Shown here in pieces: positions 1-12,800 of a stretch of DNA of 64,000 bases. A model generated the notes under the pieces. The model saw nothing but the letters and a program-made list of their open reading frames with translations, did no database searches and was not told the DNA's origin. The stretch covers positions 28,965 through 92,964 of the forward strand of contig DF237310.1 in assembly GCA_000708835.1 (NCBI GenBank), written 5' to 3'. Both the position numbers and the translations under genes were made by a program. This stretch comes from Klebsormidium nitens. Its lineage: Eukaryota; Plantae; Klebsormidiophyceae. The number at the start of each line of letters is the position of its first letter. Within the stretch, counting starts at the first letter, position 1.

Positions 1-700
1 CCACCGTCTTGAAGCGGCCTGGGGAGCAGAATAGCAATGGTTGGTTAGGTTTCGTCCTTAAGGTTCTGACCGAGGGAAACCTGGTTAAGAAGCTGTTTAG
101 ACCCAAGTTATTGGTCATCAGCAATGTCCTGAATGTTCCAAACTTGAAGCGGCCTGGGAGGGAAAGGATGCGAACGTTCCTTAGGCTCGGATCTAGAATG
201 TTTTGAACGCTGGAAAATTTAGTTAAGAAGCGGGTCCTATTTAGAACCAGGTTGTCGGCAATGTCCTCGATGATCACCGCCTGGATGGGCGAATCCTAAG
301 AGGCTGGTTAGGCGTTGTTGTTAAGGTTCTGACCAGAAAGAAACCTGGTTAAGCAGCTGTTCTAGAACCGGGTTATTGTCGGCCTGGACATCCGGATTTT
401 TCGGCGGCCTAGCGGGCGGACACAAGGGCTACCTAGGCTCGAATCTAAATGGTCTGACCAAGTGGAAACCTGGTTAAAAAGCCATTCAGAACCAGGTTGT
501 TGGCCTGTCCTGGATATTCACGGTTATCGAGCGGCCTGGGGGGTGCAGTTACGAAGGTTGCTGAGGCTTGGTTTTGAGAGGTTTAACCAGGAGTGAACCT
601 GTTAAGAAGGTGCGGCTCCTGTTTAAAGACAGTTACTGGCCAAGTCGCGAATAGAAACCATTTAATAAAGCGGCCTGTCGGGGCAGGGAATCAATCGACG
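1..700. repeat. Degenerate tandem repeat, ~130-bp unit, 5-6 copies (runs off left edge)
   Basis: GCGGCCT(G/A)-type motif recurs at ~14, 149, 277 (CCGCCTGG), 404, 531 and 670. GAAACCTGGTTAA recurs at ~76, 340 and 465, and TAGAACC(A/G)GGTT-like motifs recur with the same period. Confidence 0.75.
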
Positions 701-1086
701 TAAGAACTGACCTAGGACTGAAGGCAATGGAATGCGCTATGAAGTTGAAACCGAATTCTCTTCAGCAGTGCTGTCAAAAGGTGGCTCAAGCAAACTACCA
801 ACGCAACATTTTTGTCCATTGAAAGAACACCTGGACAGCTCTCAGATTGTGCCCTGTCTCTACTACGGAGACCGCATAAGCACAGGCTTAATGTGCGTTT
901 GCCTTGGGACTCATTTCAAAAACCAAAGCTTTCTTGAGATGGGTTTAGAAACTCTGAACATGGACCATCATCTCCCTCAGATAATAGAGCAAACATCAGC
1001 ACCCCCGCCGGAAGTGAAACAAGGCCACCTCAGCATGTGAGAAGAAAGAACCCATGACTGACCAGAAGACGGCACGAGGTACTTAC

Positions 1087-1216
1087 CCGTCGTCTCGTCC
1101 ACAGTGAGCGCCTCCGAGGCCTCGTCATAGTGCTCGAGGACGGACGTTCTTAACCGGATGTTGGTCGGCTGTGACTCCAGCTGGGCCCAGACATGGTCGG
1201 CGCCAGACTTGTCTGC
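1087..1216 (-). CDS. Probable internal exon of an unidentified gene that continues off the left edge (…KSGADHVWAQLESQPTNIRLRTSVLEHYDEASEALTVDETT…)
   Basis: Minus strand shows acceptor CCCCTTTGCAG, an open GC3-rich frame and donor GTAAGT. No family recognised; boundaries approximate. Confidence 0.35.
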
Positions 1217-3839
1217 AAAGGGGTGGGAGCAACAAATCAGTCCTGCGCAAGCTTCAAGTGCATAAATCCCCCGTTCTAGTTTCCTGTAAGCTGTATGCAG
1301 GACAAAAACTTGCCTGGCAGCCAACGGACTCAACTCTCAAGAGTCCGAGCAACAGATGCTAGGTTTTTTGTAAGCAAGCTTTCGTTGATTCATCCGACAG
1401 CAGAAGCCTCTTCATCATTTCTACTCGTCCCCCTTTTTCAACATTCTTCTTGACACATAGTTTAATAGACCAACAAGTCTATTGAACCGGGGGAAATGTT
1501 TCTGTGAACTGCTCCTCAAGAACTTGTCCAGACAGAAGCCTCGACTTCTGCAATCAACACCGTGCACGCTGAAGGCGCAAGTGCGTTGATCATAGCCCAC
1601 CTTGGGAGAGCTTGCTTGCAGATTGCTCAAAAGGGGTGACGTTCGGAACCCCTCCATGAGCTGCAAGTCCCCCGATGTGGCTCTTGGGCTTTGTGGTAGG
1701 GGCCGAAGCCCCTTCCGGCTTGTTGTCGGCCATTCGCTCTCAGAGGTGATTGAAGAAGCTGACTCAAGCTGAGGCCGCAACACGTGGTGGGGGTATAGTG
1801 CTCTGTGGAGCAGAGAGGCAGCAATGAATGGTGGGGATGGTGAAACGGTTGTAGAGCACAAAGATTGCTAGAGACTGATGAGCCTGTATAGGTTCATCAG
1901 GTTCATCAGTTCATCAGACCTATAGACGCAAATTAAAACAGCTAGGAACAACAAAGCCGACAGATCTCTAGGATATATGTCATGAAGTTGGACCTCTTCT
2001 TTCCTTTGTTGGTCAGACTTGCAACTTACAACCCACTTTCTTCAGCAAACAATAACAAAGTTTCAATACTGATTTCAAAACAAAGGACACCCACTTTTCA
2101 AGCGACTCTGAAAGGGATCAGCGCGAGTGAAAGATCAGCACGGATTCCTACCACTCTGGCTTTTGTGCTGCCTGTGCAGGAGGACAGCTTAACATCGGAG
2201 GCATCAATGTGGCAGAAGGATAATGCAAAATACATTCATTGAAGCAGAAAGACCACACAAGAAGATACGCGAGGACTGTACAGACATCAGGAAGTGCGCT
2301 TTACAAGCAAGCACTGGAGTTCTAAAAGACCAATAAGTGTGCACTGTGTTCTGAGCTTGTCGGTCAGCCGCATACACAATGTGACTCACCAGCTACTCCA
2401 CACTTGAGTGCGAGTTGAGATGACCTTTGAAACGAGGAGACTTTCGACTATGATCTTTCTCTGGGCCGCATTAAGGGCCAGCTACAACCTGCGCTGCAGC
2501 TACCACACAATGACACCCAAGGAGAAGAGCGCGTTGACAGGCTGCCCTCTAGTCAGTGCCTTCCCGCACTAGTGTCCCGGTAGAAGTCTAAAGGGCATCA
2601 GAGACGCCCTTCCACTAGACAATGCAACAAAGCAGCATCACGAGTCTTGGCGTCTAAGTTCTACTTCTAAGTTCTAGAGCTGAGGAGATGAATCCGAGGA
2701 GCAAGAATTCCGATGTCACGATCAGAGGTTGCCGCTGCAGAGATAGCACTGTTAGCAGCACCACTGCAGCTACAGATGTCCACAGCTTTTCCGTAGCTTC
2801 AAGTAGACTCGGGACTCTAGAGATTAGAGTCAACTCTGGTGAACTCTGGGCCAATCATGTGGCGGACATTGTTGAAATGTTTGAGCGGCCGAAGTTTCTC
2901 AGCTGCGAAAACTCCAGGCTTCATGGTGATGCCATCGCATCGAGTCGATGTCAGACTACTGTGTTTGTACGAAAATGGCACCACTTTAAAAACCGAAAAG
3001 TCTGGGCTCAAATCTGGTAGCAGTCGGGCTTTTGTGATCACCTGTTTGCAAACTAATTTTTATAACCCAGAACGGTGTCAGAACAATTGCAGTCTTGCAC
3101 TATCGACGTCGACGACTTGGAGTCGGACATCGAAGATGTTTTCAGTTGCTTCACGAATCACGATGCCATGGCCGATTCGAGAAGGGCCGAGTGTACGTCA
3201 CTTTTTACGGCCCGCACAATCATAAGGGCGACGCGTGGCACAAGTGCGTCACCTGAGGTTCTTCGAGTACTTTTAGCCGGGACATTATTACCGGCTGGTA
3301 GAAAACAAAGCTTAGCGGACGTCGAGGTCTGGGCTACCAGCCGGTAGAAGTACCTAGTACCAGTCCCCGACTTCCCTGGTCAACTTTAGCAATGATTAGA
3401 TGATTGGCAGACGTCAGTGTCAACGGCGGTCCAATGCGAAACTGTCAGACAGCCAAATTCGGAGAACCGTCGACGGTGCAACTTGATTGACATCGACGAT
3501 CTTAAAGAGCTATGAGGTTCGAGCTGATTGCTGGTACACCTTCAACTGTTCGATTGCGAATCGACGGCTCTGCAATGCACATCTTCTACGACTTGACATC
3601 AAACATTCCATCTAGACGAGTTCGATCTCGCCCTAGTTGTTGCTGCGCTCCTGCCTCAGGCTAGGGCACATTTGATTCCCCCATCAATATGTCATTCAAA
3701 TTGACTTCACCTGTGTGGCGGTGACAGGGGAGAAGAGGCACGAATACAGTATGCTGTAAGAAAAGCAAGTTCTATTGCACTTGCTCATAATTATGAGGGG
3801 TGAGCGCAGCGCTCTCTGATCACTTCCCCATCTGGCAAC

Positions 3840-6800
3840 ATGGCGGGAATAGCCAACGGTGCCGAGGCCTCCGACTCTCCTTCAGCGAATGCGTCCAATC
3901 AAACAGAACCGAAACAATCAGAGGCCCCTACGCCAGCTCCAAAGCCTATACAGTTCCCTGGTGCGTTTGAAAGTCAAGAGTATTCTGTCCTTAGCAAACT
4001 GTCCGTAGCTTTAAACAAGGGTGTCACACATGATGAGGGCAGCTTTAACATATGCTTCTGGATCTACCTTGTCAAGAACACGGGAGCTGGGGTGGTCATC
4101 CGGCAGGTGAGAGGGGGCTTTCGCTTTCAATCTGGTGCATTAGAGTACAACTGGAACACTGCGATTTCTCAGACAAAGTCAGCTGGCTTCATTGCGTCCA
4201 TTTTAGCACGATCCTCCCAGGGTGCCATACTTTGTCGTCTTGGAGTTTTCTCCTCAAAATCCAAACTCGTTCAATTCAGTAGGCCCCTTCAATTCTGCCA
4301 GAGCGGTTAGATTGACAATTTGCCGCAAAGGATGTTACAAGGTTCTTCCTTTCAGAGACTCGCTGTGCTGCTGAATTCTTCGATGCATTCGACGCCTTGC
4401 AATGTGCAATCCTTTTTGGCGATGGTGTTAAAACAAAACCTGGCACCCTCAGCTACACTTTTGTTTCAAGCACAACATGAAAGTCAGACTGGGGCTTAAG
4501 TGACGTACTGAATGTGTACCACATGCGTACGCCCCGCTTGCAGAGCCTGCAGGTCTTCCCCACTTGACAGTGATTTCGAAAGGAGCGTTGCCTGCAATTC
4601 CTCTCTTCACTGTGCACTCCATCATTTAGCAGCTGACAGACGGTGCATGTCTTTCGCCCCTTCTTACAAATTTGATTGCCCCCCCGTCAAATATTTGCAG
4701 GGCCGCCCCCGCGCCCTCTCCGCCATTCCGTTCATCACCTTGGACAATGAGCGCAAGCTTACGCTCCACCCGCTCCCTCCCCCCCCTCTCACAAGCGCCC
4801 CTGCGGATTTTTCCCTTTCAAGCAATGCCACTCTGACCTCCGACATTGCTTGCCCCCTTGAAAAATGGATCCACGTCGGGGCTGAGGTGAGCATTCCACT
4901 GCCCTGATGTCAGACAAACATATAGGACAAGTACGCAGAATACCCGCAGGCCTTCGGTTGGGGTCTCGACGAGCGGAAGGGCATTGGCGTCTGTTCGTAG
5001 TGAACTGTGCCTTCGAGACCAGTTGGCAATGCCGCTTTTCCTCACTTTAAGGACTCTTAGATAAATGTATAGTGATCAAGGGCGCTCAGCCAATTTATAA
5101 AGCGTTTGGACAAGTTGCCCGGCCCTCTTTGAAGCGAAGGTGCTAGGCAGATCAGCCTTGCTTTTACCCTTCAACGTACGGTCTGGTTTGTAGAGTCCAA
5201 CCAAGATTACTCGGAGACAGAGACCAGGTCAAACGTGGGCCCTTCTGTGAGGATCCTCCTCTATTCCCAACCACCTACCCTTTGCAGATGTTAGCCGCTG
5301 AGTAAAACCTGTTGTTACAAGGCATCATGCCTTCGTTAGGTCCCACCATACCGGTCGAATCGATGCCCTCCCCCCCTTCCACCTCAATGCCTCTTGTGTC
5401 GCACTTCCATAACACTTCTCACGTTGGAATGTGTTATCTAACATGATGAACATTTGTTTCAATCAAATTGGCAGGTCGGACCAAACTTGGCGCGGCTCCA
5501 TATCGATACCGTAGTGGTGGCTCAGAAAGAGATTCCGGCAGACGGGGGTGGCGTGGGGGGAGATGCAGGCCCTGTGCTGCTGTCGGGGGGGGACGGCTCC
5601 CCCTCGGGGGGTTCCGTCCAGGCGTATGCGCACTTCGTCAGGTTGTTGCGGACGCCGGAGGTGACCCAGCACTATGTAAAGGTAGGCGCGTGTGCGAACC
5701 TTTGTCGGTAATCTGACTTGAAGGTTGTTGTTCCTCTGGGTTACAATGTTGGGTGTCCTCATGCGAGCGTAACTCTCCAAAAGTTGATGTCAGTAGCAAG
5801 GTGGGAGATGTTGATGAGACCTGGCAAACAATTCGGGAGCTGGCCCGCACTCATATAAGCAGCGATTTGACTTGCCTAAATGCCAAACAGAAACATTTTC
5901 GGTGAGCACCCGGCAGGCTATCTATTCAATGAAGGCCCATCATACCGGCGCCCCTGTTTACACGTTCCAATTAAGAGCCAGCGTGAGCGGTAAGAAAAAA
6001 GGGAACCGTTACTCCACCTTTCGTGCTGAGTTGAGTTCCTTCCATCTACTCTCAATGAACGTCAGTGGGAGGACGAAAGTCCGAGTCTGTCTGCTTCTGA
6101 CGCCGATGGTTCAAAGCATCAGACCCCATAACGCGAGGGCTCTGCGGTGACATACTATTCTCCGTGGCAACAACGAACGGAGTCCTCAAAAAGTATTCTT
6201 CGCCCAGGATTTCTCACGCATGACCTTTTTGAACCTGGCAGCGTTGTTTGCGATAGTCCCTTTTCTTGCAGCCACAGCAACCGTGTTCCTGCCTTTCTCT
6301 ATCTTCGCAAGCCAGTACTTCCAAAAAGTGAAGTATCGACTCTACGTTTTTCAATCTTGGAGAAGATTGGAACGGAGGCTTCCTTTGCCTCTGCAGAACC
6401 CTCCGCTCGAGCTGACCTTGGACACGTCGGAGACCGGCGAGGGGGACGACAACGAGATCGAGGTCTCGTCGGACGGCATCTGGAGCGTGGTCGGCGGGAA
6501 GGTGAGCCGCTTCAAAGATTCACGACGATTAGTTTGACAGCCGTGACTATTAGTACTCGAATCACGGCTCAGCGCTTATTGAGACCCTCAGCCTTTTTAA
6601 GACTATCCGAGATTTCCAACTCCGATGTTCATTATTGGAGCACATTTTGTATTCCAGGTTTCTTACCCGCTTGTATCCGGTCACCCGCTTCTGATAAGAT
6701 TCCGGTTCTTTTTGCAGGCATCATGTCGGCGGAACTTCAACTTGGAGGTCGCTCTGATGGACGCGCTGGGAAGGCCGGTCCACCGAGAGATCGATGTGAG

Positions 6801-9800
6801 TACCGCTTCCTGTGTGGCGACCAAGAGCTGGGGCGGAGACCCTCAAAAGTCGCCTTTTGAGTCAGCCTCTCCCGTCAGAAGGAGGTTGAGCCTGCGAGCC
6901 TAGTCGTGAGCTGACTCTTGGATGGCTGCGTCACACCCTGAGGTAAAGCATATCCATTATAATCAGCGTTATGGTCCGACGAAGGTCACGTCACTTCGCT
7001 ATTGGATTAAAGGAGCATCTGGGATGAACCAGTGCCCGGTTGATTCGCATGACGGCGCAGAGACGAAAAGAGCCATGATTTGTAAAAGATAACTTTCGAA
7101 ACCTGTCTTCAGCACTTCAGTGAGACTGGATTTGGTACCATTACTCTCTGCAGGTGCAAGCGGTGCTCATCTATGCGGACGACAATTGCCGGGTCACTAA
7201 GCTGAAAGAGGACGCAGAGGTGCCGCTGTTGTCGACTGTTGACGGCGTCGAGTACCCATCGACCGACGTGCCCGTGCGACTGATCCACGGACGGGCGACC
7301 TTCAAGCTTAAGATCTCACAAGTGGGTTATGTTTCTTCGTTCTTTCCTTTTGTTCGGAGACTTGAATCTTGCCGTGGAAGTCTCCACCTATCTGCTTCGA
7401 GATTGGAGGGTTCAAGTGCGCACCCTACGTAGCTGTCGTTTGGCGGCCAGGGGGGGAGTTTTCAGGGGCGTTTGAACCTTGGTTGAATTCATTTTCCGCC
7501 CGCCTTGCGGGTGGTTCTCAATCTCCTACAGATTGAATCTATAAAATCATCGACACTTACTTTCCCTCTTTTACCCTTTCCGTGCTTCCGAGCCTGCTTC
7601 TCCTCAGCCGTCACTGGGCTCTTGGTCAGTCGATTCTCCACAGCTTCTTGTGAGAACGGGCATTCAATGTATTCACTTTCCACAGATCACCTCAGGCTGA
7701 ACGTCCTCTTCTAGGACTTGACAACCCTCTGAGAATCCGAGGACACCGTTCCATCCAGTCCGTGACTAGTGGCCGGCATAATTTTACCAACGGTCTTCTG
7801 ATTTCCCCTTTGCCGCTCATCGCAGCTCTCGTCCAAATGCGACAATTGCCTCTTTCGCGTCTGCTTCGAGCTACCTGGAAATGGGGCAATCAAACTCGTT
7901 CCGTAAGCTTCTCTCCATTTTCTCCAACCCATTCCTAAACCTTTTCCCTGAGCTTATTCTTCCCCTGAACGCAGCTCTCGTCCAAGTGCGACAACCGCCT
8001 CTTCCGCGTCTGCTTCGAGCCCGTCGGCCCCACCCCTTTCACCCCTAACCCATTCGCTAACCCTTCTAATTTTCCAACCGTATACTTAACCTTCTCCTGC
8101 CCTTCCCGCAGCTCTCGTCCAAGTGCGACAACCGCCTCTCCCGCGTCTGCTAAGCCCGTCAGTGTACCCCTTTCATCCCTAACCACTTCGCTGACTCAAA
8201 CGGTTTTCTAACCGTTTGCTTTACTTTCTCCCTCGCAGCTCTCGTCCAAGTGCGACAACCGCCTCTTCCGCGTCTGCTTCGAGCCCGTCGGCCCCACTCC
8301 GCGCCACCCCTTCCTGCGCGCGCTCTCGCGCCCCATCCGCTGTGTCTCGCGCGTGCGAGTGCCACGTCAGCTGCCGCACCGGTGGGGCCCCGAGTTTCTG
8401 TCAAAGCACGATTTGGCAATTTTGCCAGAGTCTCCGGGCGCGCGGAAGAAGCGGCGGCTGAACGGGGGCGCGTCACCCGCGGGCGCGTTTGACCTGGAGT
8501 TCTTTGGCAAGGAGGAGGGGCTCAGCTTTTTGGACGCGGAGATTCAAAAGTAAGTGATAAGCCTGCATTTACTAGAAAAGTTGTGAATGGTATCCTAAAA
8601 GGTACTATTTGACCTGAATTTTTTTATCAAGGAGGAGGGGCTCAGCTTCTTGGACGCGGAGATACGAAAGTGAGGGGAACAGCAGAGCGGAACGATGTTA
8701 ACGTAATTGCGTAACTGGGACTAAACAACGGAGATTACCAGCGGTCGCCGTCATCAATCCGATCAGTGCACACGTGGCTCGTTAGGTTGTGTTCGTACTC
8801 TTGTGAGAACAGTCGTGCCATTGTCTTGTCATATTGGAGGTTATTCCGATTCAGGAACCGCCAAGAGCAACATAAGCACAAAGAAACAGAAGTAAATCAA
8901 AAGAGGTTTGGTGATTCTTGTCGGAAGAGCTGGTTGTCTTCGAAGAAGTGGCTTCGCTGCTTAATGATTGGACCATCTGATGCACTACACGACAACGCCC
9001 ATGGAAGGGGCTGTCCCACATTGCCACTGATCTCTTCCCGAATATCCCCGCGGCAACAGTCGAAGCACAACATCCGTTCGTGGTACCCTCGCTTCCACTA
9101 TCTTTCGTAGGTCCGCTTCAATTCTGATAGTCTGTCCGCTCCCAACCGCCCGCCCTGGCTGGACTGCATTCTGACCCCCTGTCTGTTTTCGCTTTCTAGA
9201 AACGCCCTAGCGGCGGCATGCTCGTCCTCTGAGAGCGAGTGTTCTCTCTTGTTTGAGGTTTTCCGGAAGCTCCCACCCGCAAAGAACTCTGGGGAGCATA
9301 GTGCCACCTCAAATTGTTCTCCGCCTCCTCTCAGGTCCGCCCTAGCACTGATGGGGGGCCAGCCCCGAGAGCCCCCCCCAAGCGCGCAAAACGGCTCAGC
9401 CCCTGCTCAACGAGAGCCGATTCACACCGAGAACGGCGGCTTCCAGGACCAGGTGGTGTACAAATACTCGCTGGAGAGCATGGCCAGCCGGGGGGAGTTC
9501 CTGAAAGCGGCCGTGAAGAAGCGCAGCGAAGCGGACCTGGCGCACTTTGCGGAGCGGGTCGCGCAGTGCACGGGGTGCCGGCACAACGGGTGAGGAGCGC
9601 GGTTATCGGTTGAAATTTGCGGTTTCAGGGTATTGCATTTTTCGTTTGGTCTTGAGAATGGAGTTCTGGTTTCTTGGCTCTCGATGCAGGAGCCAGATGA
9701 CCTTTAATGGCACGGGGTGACGGCAGAACGGGTGAGGGGCGTAGTTTTAGGGTTTAGCAGTCTGGGTTAGACGTATAGGTCATTTGCGGCACTAACAGTG

Positions 9801-12800
9801 GGGACTCAAGTTCAGGGTCTGATATGGTTGCAGAAGCCAGGAGATCTCGGACGGCGGAAGGTATCCATACAAAAGGTGGGAGGCGCGGGATGTAAGATGT
9901 GGAGTATCATAAAGGGCCTGAGACTTCAAGTTTCTGGTATGCATATAAAAGCCGGAAGATTCTCGACTGCCGCCTTCGTTTCCCGGCAGAGCCTAGCAGG
10001 TCGGGCCTACCTTTTGTCCGCCCCTGCTAGAAGCCAGTAAACGTCGACAAGCCTGTTTTTGTCTTTTGACATTTCCAAGCGGTTGCTGCAAGACGGCGTT
10101 GACCTTAAAAGCTCCTGCTCGACCAACCAAACCAAACCGTATTTGACAGAACGGATGGAAGGAGAACAGGGACTCCCAGTGGACTCTCTAAGTAACCCCC
10201 TTTCAAAAAAGAACTCTGCGATCGACGGGGAACTTTGGTGATTTCACTCCACTTAGACCGTCGATCGTTAGAGGGTAATATTCAGGAGGGGTCTCTAATG
10301 TCGGCTCGGAAGTCCATGTTCTGCCTCTATCCGTCCTGACAGTTGACTTCTTCCAGGTACCAAATAGCCATCTCCAAGCGGTTGCTCCAAGACGGCGACG
10401 ACCTGTGGGAGCGCGCGGAGGCTGCGCACTACCCCGTGGTCCTGGGGGAGCTGCTACGAGACGTCGAGCACGAGTTCCAGCGGCTGACCGGGGCCACGGA
10501 ACGGGCCTTCTCCGAGAGAGTGAGCAATTTTTGGCCTTCTTTCTCCTTTCCTAGCAGTTTGTCTTCTTCGTAGCAGTGGGGTTGTCGCTTGTGCCTTCGT
10601 CTTGGTCTTCCTTTTGCTCCGATGGTTTCGTTGTAAGAGTCATCGACTGACCGAGGCGATGGACCGGACTTTCTCGGCGAGAGTGAGCTTTCAATGAGTC
10701 ACTCTTGCCCTTTGTTCCTTGGTGCACATTCCGCTCTCCTTCATCGTGACTTCCAGCCGCTGACTGGGGCCACTGTCCGGGCAATTGAGTTAGCGTTCCT
10801 CTCTTTCATTCCTAGGCCGTTAATCATCGATGTGGCATGTCCGTTCCCTCTTCTCGTTTGTCGCGCTTTTGTCAAAAGTGCACGGTTTCCTCTTCTGCAG
10901 CCGCTCTCTTCCGGAAATAGTCTCTGATTGTATTCTTTCATTGAGTCCATTCTTCTTATCCAAGCAGCCCAGACCGCATCTTTCTGGCCAGGCCATACCT
11001 TTCGAACGAATCCCAGACCTGGCACCCACTGCTTTCTCTGGAACAATCTCTGAATACTTTTACCTCCTTCAACCACCTCAACTCTTTTACCTCAGCACAC
11101 CCGGATTGTTCTTCTGAGAGACCCAGACCTTTCTTTCCTAGCCAGTCCTAACCCTTTCTTGCAGGACCGCATCTTCTTGTGAAAATCGTCATCATGCGTG
11201 GCACCCTCTAGTGCAGTCGCACAGAAATAGTGTCCGCTCTTTTAAAGGAGTCTGAGCTTATCCCTCCTTTCTAACCAGCCCAAACCCTCTCATAACCAAC
11301 CCAACCGTCTCCTGCCATTTCTTGAGCACGTCATCATGCGGGGCACCCGCACTTTTGCGGGAAAATCGTGTGAAGCTCGTCTCTCACCAAGTCTGTACCT
11401 CCTATCGCACCAACCTCACCCCTCCCCTCTGGTCAGCCCAAACCCTCTTCCTACCCATCTTCAACCGTCCCTCGCAGGACCGCGCCTTTCTGAAACACGT
11501 CATCGTGTGTGCGGCACCAATCATCAAGCTGGTCTGCTCAAGAGATTGTGGAGCTTCTCTTTATCAACTTCAACCCTTTTATCTAAGCACACTAAAAAAT
11601 CTGCTTGTCGACTTCTTTCCTCACCAGCCCTAACCCTCTCTTGCAGGACCGCGCCTTCCTGAAACACGTCATCGTGCGTGGCACCCACTACTGCAGCCGC
11701 ACCGAGTTCGAGCGCCTCTGGCACTGGCTCTACCCGGTCGCGCTAACCCTCGCTAACCCCCAGTTACGAGAACTTTGGGAGAGCGGGGACCCGTGGATCG
11801 CTGGCTTTCTGACACGTGGCGAAGCGGAAGTCTTATTAGCACCGCATCCCGAGGGTACCTTTCTGCTGCGGTTCGGACCGTCAAGGGTGTGGCCGCACCC
11901 AGACGCGGGAGCGCTCGTGGCTAGTGTGGTTGCGACCGGGGGGGAAGTCGTGCATCGGTTGCTGACGATCGACACCGGGATGCTGTGAGTGCTCTTTTCG
12001 GTCGTGTTTCGTGTGAGAATTGTACTTGCATGTGCGCTGGTAGGGATTTTGGACGGATTAACAATAAGCGTCTGGTTCGCGGCTGGGTACACGTCGTGCA
12101 GTGGTTGCCGACGATCAATACGGCGATGCTGTGCGTGCTGTCCTCTGTGGCACTTCGTTATTACTGCTCCCGTGCACGCTGGTAGATTTTGGTCAGAAAA
12201 GCTTCCTGTGTCTGATTTGTAGCTGGCAACTGTAGCGTGCAATGGACACAGGGATGCCTTGAGTGCTGTCTTGTTTCATTCTCTGGTCAATCGTGCTCCT
12301 TCCGCGCCGGTGGATCAATTGCAAGTGTTTTTGGGCAAAACGTCCAATGGTTGCTACCACTAGACACTGGCATGCTTTGCGCCACCGTCTTTGCAAACAA
12401 TTCGATCACGTTCAATGGCAGCCTCGCCTGCGGGAAGGGAACGCTCGGCTGCGGCCTAAGCTGTGTCCCAATTGCATCCTGCAGGTCCCCCGAGCTAGCG
12501 GACGAACGGCCGCCCCTGATGGTCGAACTCTTGGCTCAGCCGGAGCTCAGAATACTCTACCGGTAAGGGTCACTATCCCCGGCCATCTGCTCATCGTTCC
12601 TTAGTCTCTCTTCGTTCGTCTCTATTGGATGAGTTGCATACGGTAGTGGACTTGACCATACAGCGCGGCTGCTTCCGTTCCGGAGGCGTCAGGAAAGCTT
12701 AGATTCAAACGTAAATCGTGCGACAATCAACAGATCTGATCCGAAGAGGAAGAATTCGAGAAAACAAAAGCGCCCAAACAACTCTTCTCTCGGATCGAGG

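Noticed and set aside
2688-3347. Adjacent plus-strand ORFs of 110 aa and 90 aa as a degraded gene
   Set aside because: No recognisable motif, no clear splice structure; cannot be supported without a homology search.
9745-9760. TTTAGGGTTTAG telomere-like motif; CCCTAACCC motifs in introns
   Set aside because: Fewer than two full units; the CTAAC motifs are better explained as branch-point sequence.
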